Assembly: GCA_045560315.1 (NCBI GenBank)
Contig: JBJKZN010000027.1
Span: forward strand, 1 to 60,952
DNA from: Fidelibacterota bacterium
GTDB lineage: Bacteria > Fidelibacterota > Marinisomatia > Marinisomatales > Marinisomataceae
Direction of reading: 5' to 3'
DNA: 60,952 nucleotides
Within the stretch, counting starts at the first letter, position 1; each line of letters begins with the position of its first letter. Positions 56,771-60,952 of this stretch are shown piece after piece. The translations under genes and the position numbers were made by a program. The notes beneath the pieces were generated by a model. That model was not told the DNA's origin and ran no database searches. It worked only from the letters and a program-made list of their open reading frames with translations.

Positions 56771-57934
56771 CTATTCAAATAAATCACTTACTCTGTTTTT
56801 AATGATTGCTTGATTTGCCATAATTGCAAGAGAATTTACAGCAACATTTAACATACTAAACCTTTTATCCTTGGTATATCCCTTGTGATATCTATAATAA
56901 ATCTGCTGAGCGATAATTGCGATCTTAAACAAACCAAATGCATAGTAAAATACTGGATTATCGATAGATTTACCTGACTTCTTCTCATACATAGTCAGAA
57001 TATCTTGCCTGCATGGATTGCCATTTAATGTTGTAGGGCTCAGCTGAAATAATTTTAACTCGTCTGCATCATTTCTATCTACCCAATAACCTAACGTAGT
57101 TCCTAAATCCATTAAAGGATCACCTAAAGTGGACATTTCCCAATCTAAAACTGAAATCACTTTTGTTGGATCATTTATATCAAGCACAGCATTGTCATAT
57201 TTAAAATCATTATGGATAATAGCTTTTCCTGATTCTTTAGGTTGGTTCTCATCTAACCATTTTGCAACAAACTCCATTTCTGGAATCTCATCTGTTTTTG
57301 CATGAAAATATCGTTCTGTCCATCCTGAAACCTGTCTTGATACATAACCATCAATCTTTCCAAAATCATTTAAGTTACTTTTATCTATATCTACTTTATG
57401 TAAGCTAACTAATGTATCAATAAGTGAATCTGCAATTTTTGATATGGTATCAGCATCTGGTGCATTTTCTTGTAATAGATTTGGTCTTAAAATATAACCC
57501 TTTACACAGTCCATAATATAAAATGGTGCTCCAATAATAGACTTATCTTCTGTGTAGAGATGAACATCTGGTACTTTCTTAAATTCAGTCTTTAACTTGC
57601 TTAATACTCTATATTCTCGAGACATATCATGTCCACCTTTTAGGCTATCGGCCCCAAAAGGAGGTCTTCTTAATACATATTCTTTTGTATCTGTCTTTAA
57701 AAAATAAGTCAGATTAGAATAACCACTTGGAAATTGCTTAATAGACAAGTTTTTGGTATTGAAATTATGAGAATTCAAATATTTTTTTAGAACATCTAAA
57801 GGAAGGTCTTCCCCATCACGAATTTCTTTTGGTTCATCAATAGAAAAAGAAACATGGTTCTTTTTTTTGAAAAATTTAGATAAAAATAGATATAGCTTCA
57901 GTTTTAATGGGATTCTAAGATTTACCTTAGTCAT
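56771..57934 (-). CDS. APH-type phosphotransferase (ACAD10/11 kinase-domain-like, LvaA-like)
   Basis: 387 aa with IIHNDFKYDNAVL (HxDxxxxN) and VLDWEMSTLGDPLMDLG. It directly abuts the upstream ACAD gene with a 2-nt gap. Confidence 0.8.
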   Translation of the reverse strand: MTKVNLRIPLKLKLYLFLSKFFKKKNHVSFSIDEPKEIRDGEDLPLDVLKKYLNSHNFNTKNLSIKQFPSGYSNLTYFLKTDTKEYVLRRPPFGADSLKGGHDMSREYRVLSKLKTEFKKVPDVHLYTEDKSIIGAPFYIMDCVKGYILRPNLLQENAPDADTISKIADSLIDTLVSLHKVDIDKSNLNDFGKIDGYVSRQVSGWTERYFHAKTDEIPEMEFVAKWLDENQPKESGKAIIHNDFKYDNAVLDINDPTKVISVLDWEMSTLGDPLMDLGTTLGYWVDRNDADELKLFQLSPTTLNGNPCRQDILTMYEKKSGKSIDNPVFYYAFGLFKIAIIAQQIYYRYHKGYTKDKRFSMLNVAVNSLAIMANQAIIKNRVSDLFE

Positions 57935-57936
57935 AT

Positions 57937-59133
57937 TTATTTTGAGTATTTCTTTAGAATCTCTCTAGCTACCCTAGACCTATGCACTTCATCTGCTCCA
58001 TCATAAATTCTTGCAGATCTCTCATGTCTAAATAAAGATGCCAATAAGATATCATCTGTCATTCCAAGCGCTCCATGCACCTGAACCGCACGATCCAATA
58101 CATTTTGTAATACTTGAGCTACAAAAAACTTTATAGTTGAAATCTCAACTTTAGCTGCTTCAGCACCTTCTGCATCAATTTTATTTGCAGCATCCAATAC
58201 CATCAATCGAGAAGCATTAATTTCCGCACGAGAATCAGCAATCCAATTCTGAATAGTTTGTTTAGTAGCTAGTGACTTTCCTGGTGCTATTTCACGACTT
58301 ACTGCTCTTTCACACATCATATCAAATGCACGCTCACACTCACCTATCCAACGCATGCAATGGTGAATTCTTCCAGGCCCTAGTCTATCTTGTGCAATTT
58401 TGAATCCTGCGCCGGGTGTACCTAATAGATTCTCTTCAGGAACCGTACAGTTTTCATAACGAATCTCAGCATGAGCATTCCACCCATCTCCTTCATCACC
58501 CATTACAGAAATATTTCTAATAAAATTAAATCCTTCCGTATCTGTTGGAACAATAATCTGACTTGCTCGAAGATATGGATTAGGATTATCTGGATCTGTC
58601 ATAACCATTGCAATTGCAAAACTTGCTCCTTCTGCAGATGATGTAAACCATTTGTGTCCATTAATTACATAATTAGACCCTTCTTTCTTAGCAGTTGTGC
58701 CCATCATCAAAGGATTAGAACCTGCAAATTCTGGTTCTGTCATAGAAAAACAACTTCTAATTTTTCCATCGATAAGAGGTTGTAAAAATGTTTCTTTTTG
58801 ATAATCTGTTCCATGGTCCATTAGGATTTCCATATTTCCTGCATCTGGCGCTTGACAATTAAAAACGTATAAGCCATAAAAAGTACTTCCTAGAATTTCA
58901 TAGATTTGCCCTAGCTGATGTAAGCTTAGACCTAAACCACCATACTCTTTGGGTATTTGAGGAGCAAATAAACCCATTTCTCTCACTTTATTTCTTTTTT
59001 CCTCTAGATAAGGTAAATGATCTGCAAATGTATGCTTACCCTGAAATTGTTTTTCATTAGAAGCCAATTCTTCTTGAACGAAGTTTGCTATTTTATTTTT
59101 AATATCTTGAAAATCTTTGTCTGGTATAGCCAT
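57937..59133 (-). CDS. Acyl-CoA dehydrogenase family protein
   Basis: 398 aa with CFSMTEP..GSN, WFTS, and a C-terminal ARIYDGADEVHRSRVAREIL. Note that Asp occupies the position where MCAD-type enzymes have the YEG Glu. Confidence 0.9.
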   Translation of the reverse strand: MAIPDKDFQDIKNKIANFVQEELASNEKQFQGKHTFADHLPYLEEKRNKVREMGLFAPQIPKEYGGLGLSLHQLGQIYEILGSTFYGLYVFNCQAPDAGNMEILMDHGTDYQKETFLQPLIDGKIRSCFSMTEPEFAGSNPLMMGTTAKKEGSNYVINGHKWFTSSAEGASFAIAMVMTDPDNPNPYLRASQIIVPTDTEGFNFIRNISVMGDEGDGWNAHAEIRYENCTVPEENLLGTPGAGFKIAQDRLGPGRIHHCMRWIGECERAFDMMCERAVSREIAPGKSLATKQTIQNWIADSRAEINASRLMVLDAANKIDAEGAEAAKVEISTIKFFVAQVLQNVLDRAVQVHGALGMTDDILLASLFRHERSARIYDGADEVHRSRVAREILKKYSK

Positions 59134-59141
59134 ATTTTCCT

Positions 59142-59843
59142 CTAAATAAATGTTTCTAGTTCTTGCGCTATTAAACTACTATTAAAAGCTTTTAAAGTAA
59201 ATCTTTCAGTTGTCACTACAAATTCTGATATGGATACATTCTTAAGACCAAAATTAAGTTTCATAATCTCTTCTTGTGAGCAATTAGTTGCCTCTGCGTA
59301 AAATCCTGAAATCGCACCTCCTGATGTCACAACCATGATATTAGGTTTATCTGTCATTTCACCTTGGATTGTCTTTAAAGTATTTGCTATACGAGCACGA
59401 AATACGGAAAATCCTTCAAAATTATGTTCACTTAAATCTAGTTCTTCATTCATCCATTTTTTTGCAACAATATGAAAAAGTTTTAGAAATTTATCATGTC
59501 TCTCTTCCTTGGGAACTTCATGAAAAATTTCATTTGTAGTCTTATTGCTATTTAAGATTTGAGGAATAAAATGTTGTGCAATTTCCATTAATTGATTTTC
59601 AGCAAATCTCTCGTCAATAACAGGGTCTGAAAGATCTGCAAATTTATATCCCTTTTTAATACCTTCAAATGTTTGAATATGTCTTCTGTGTGGACCGACA
59701 ATAACATGGTCAAACTTAGATTCTTGTTCAGAAAGTGCCTCACCAAGCGCAACAGATTGTTCAATTCCTTTTGGGCTAAGATTGTCATAGTCATCTGCCC
59801 CAAATGATGCTTGTCCATGACGTATTAAATGCAATATACTCAA
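59142..59843 (-). CDS. Histidine phosphatase (phosphoglycerate-mutase-like) family protein
   Basis: Contains the N-terminal LHLIRHGQASF (RHG motif) and a second HRRHIQT segment. Confidence 0.85.
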   Translation of the reverse strand: MSILHLIRHGQASFGADDYDNLSPKGIEQSVALGEALSEQESKFDHVIVGPHRRHIQTFEGIKKGYKFADLSDPVIDERFAENQLMEIAQHFIPQILNSNKTTNEIFHEVPKEERHDKFLKLFHIVAKKWMNEELDLSEHNFEGFSVFRARIANTLKTIQGEMTDKPNIMVVTSGGAISGFYAEATNCSQEEIMKLNFGLKNVSISEFVVTTERFTLKAFNSSLIAQELETFI

Positions 59844-59858
59844 CTGTGTTACCCCTTT

Positions 59859-60314
59859 TTATTCGTAAACAAGAAATACTTGCTCAGCTACACATGCAGG
59901 TTTTTCACTGCCTTTTAGTTCAACAGTCACTGAAACTGTCAACTGTGCACCATTTTTTATCTTTTTGAATTCTTTTAGCACTACACGCCCCCTTACATAA
60001 CTACCCACAGGAACAGGTGCGGTAAATCTGACACGATTTAGTCCATAATTAACGCCCATTTTTGCTGACGCAACCGAATAGGTTCTTTCTAGTATCTTAG
60101 GCAATAAAGATAGGACGAGAAATCCATGTGCAATCGTTGTTTTGAATGGTGAGCCTAGTTTTGCTTTCAAAGGTCGCATGTGAATCCATTGACGATCTCC
60201 TGTAAATAGACCAAAACCCCATATTTGAAATTGAGTTATTCTATACCACTTACTGAGACCAAGTTCCTGACCAACTAATGCTTGGGCTTCGCTGAGATTT
60301 TTTAAGACTTTCAC
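59859..60314 (-). CDS. MaoC-like (R)-specific enoyl-CoA hydratase/dehydratase
   Basis: 151 aa hotdog-fold protein from a GTG start, with FGLFTGDRQWIHM and TIAHGFLVLSLL. Confidence 0.8.
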   Translation of the reverse strand: MKVLKNLSEAQALVGQELGLSKWYRITQFQIWGFGLFTGDRQWIHMRPLKAKLGSPFKTTIAHGFLVLSLLPKILERTYSVASAKMGVNYGLNRVRFTAPVPVGSYVRGRVVLKEFKKIKNGAQLTVSVTVELKGSEKPACVAEQVFLVYE

Positions 60315-60341
60315 CTGAGAAAATTAAGAGTTCAAATCAAA

Positions 60342-60952
60342 TCAAACAATAGCAAACTTTTTTAGATAAAAGCGCATCCAGAAGAAAGAGACGGTAGCAG
60401 CAACTAAGATTGCAAACGCCTGTGCATACCAAACCCATTCAATTGGCTTTCCAGTGATATAAAAATAATAAGATAGCGGTGCAGTTAAGATTAATACACG
60501 AGTAACAGTTGTCACCAATAAAGGCATCCCTTCACCTAATGCTTGGCATATTCGTGAACAAATAACACTGATTCCTACAGCAGGATATGCTAAAATAATA
60601 ATACGCAAATAAGTAATTCCTATGTCTAAGACTTGCTTATTATCGCTAAACAAAGGAAGGATCATTTCTGCTGATAAAAACAACACCATTACACTGAAAG
60701 TTGTAATGTATACTGCGCGTGATATACCATATTTGATAATCCATATTAATTTCTTGTATTCTTTTGCACCAAAAAACATTCCAACCATCGTTGTTAAGCT
60801 AATTCCAATACCTAATATTGGCATAAAGAGGAGCATATCTATTCTCGATACTATCTGATATGCTGCGACAGCCTCTGAAGAATAATTAATTAAGATTGCA
60901 TTCATAACAGCTTGTCCGAAAGACATAATCAACATTGCTGCAGATGAAGGAA
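60342..60952 (-). CDS. MATE-family efflux transporter, C-terminal part (truncated by window edge)
   Basis: The frame stays open to the right end of the window. The product is a polytopic hydrophobic sequence with MATE-like repeats (AYQIVSRIDML, GEGMPLL). Confidence 0.65.
   Translation of the reverse strand, partial: PSSAAMLIMSFGQAVMNAILINYSSEAVAAYQIVSRIDMLLFMPILGIGISLTTMVGMFFGAKEYKKLIWIIKYGISRAVYITTFSVMVLFLSAEMILPLFSDNKQVLDIGITYLRIIILAYPAVGISVICSRICQALGEGMPLLVTTVTRVLILTAPLSYYFYITGKPIEWVWYAQAFAILVAATVSFFWMRFYLKKFAIV

Noticed and set aside
1-60952. I scanned the intergenic regions for tRNA/rRNA genes, CRISPR repeat arrays, transposases, integrases, toxin-antitoxin pairs, reverse transcriptases and large tandem repeats.
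   Set aside because: None was recognised. No intergenic region exceeds about 170 nt and none shows cloverleaf-like or repeat-spacer structure. An eye scan cannot exclude short dispersed repeats, so a computational self-alignment would be needed.

Overview
This is a visibly AT-rich, extremely gene-dense bacterial chromosomal segment. I call about 65 protein-coding genes, roughly four fifths of them on the minus strand. Most intergenic gaps are 0-90 nt, many genes overlap by 1-40 nt, and several convergent gene pairs have touching or overlapping stop codons. I recognised no rRNA, tRNA, CRISPR array, transposase or integrase. Most of the content is core housekeeping: lepA, nadE, asnS, uvrB, alaS, guaB, der, rpoD, accA, rpsT, tatC, pntAA/AB/B and pepA. 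There is also diderm envelope biogenesis: an LptE-like lipoprotein, Kdo transferase, a GT9 heptosyltransferase, a PgsA-like enzyme and PpiD. A peptide-scavenging set is present: DPP-IV, prolyl aminopeptidase, leucyl aminopeptidase and an SNF-type Na+ symporter. The sigma-54 activator/LptE adjacency, the sparse Shine-Dalgarno use and the streamlining suggest a marine FCB-superphylum bacterium such as Marinimicrobia/SAR406. That assignment is inference and is not verified.

Regions worth a second look:
- 42.6-45.6 kb holds a phage-flavoured DNA-end/recombination gene set tucked between core genes. It comprises a Siphovirus-Gp157-like protein, an ICMT-type membrane methyltransferase, RmuC, a RecB-like PD-(D/E)XK nuclease and a 74-aa 2-TM peptide. 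This is my best candidate for an uncharacterised system, but the evidence is contextual only.
- 56.8-60.3 kb holds a MaoC / histidine-phosphatase / acyl-CoA-dehydrogenase / APH-kinase module. It resembles the ACAD10/11 and LvaA/LvaC 4-hydroxyacyl-CoA logic and sits at the head of a longer lipid-modifying gene array (51.8-56.8 kb).
- 5.25-6.9 kb encodes a divergent indoleamine-2,3-dioxygenase-family protein with a Cys-rich insertion, paired with a TlpA-like thioredoxin.
- 1-170 contains an aromatic-rich mini-ORF plus an intrinsic terminator at the left edge.
- The guaB-fldA spacer contains a perfect 17-bp palindrome.
- The LptE-like lipoprotein carries a thrombospondin-type-3 Ca-binding motif.

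All family assignments come from motif recognition by eye. No database search was run.
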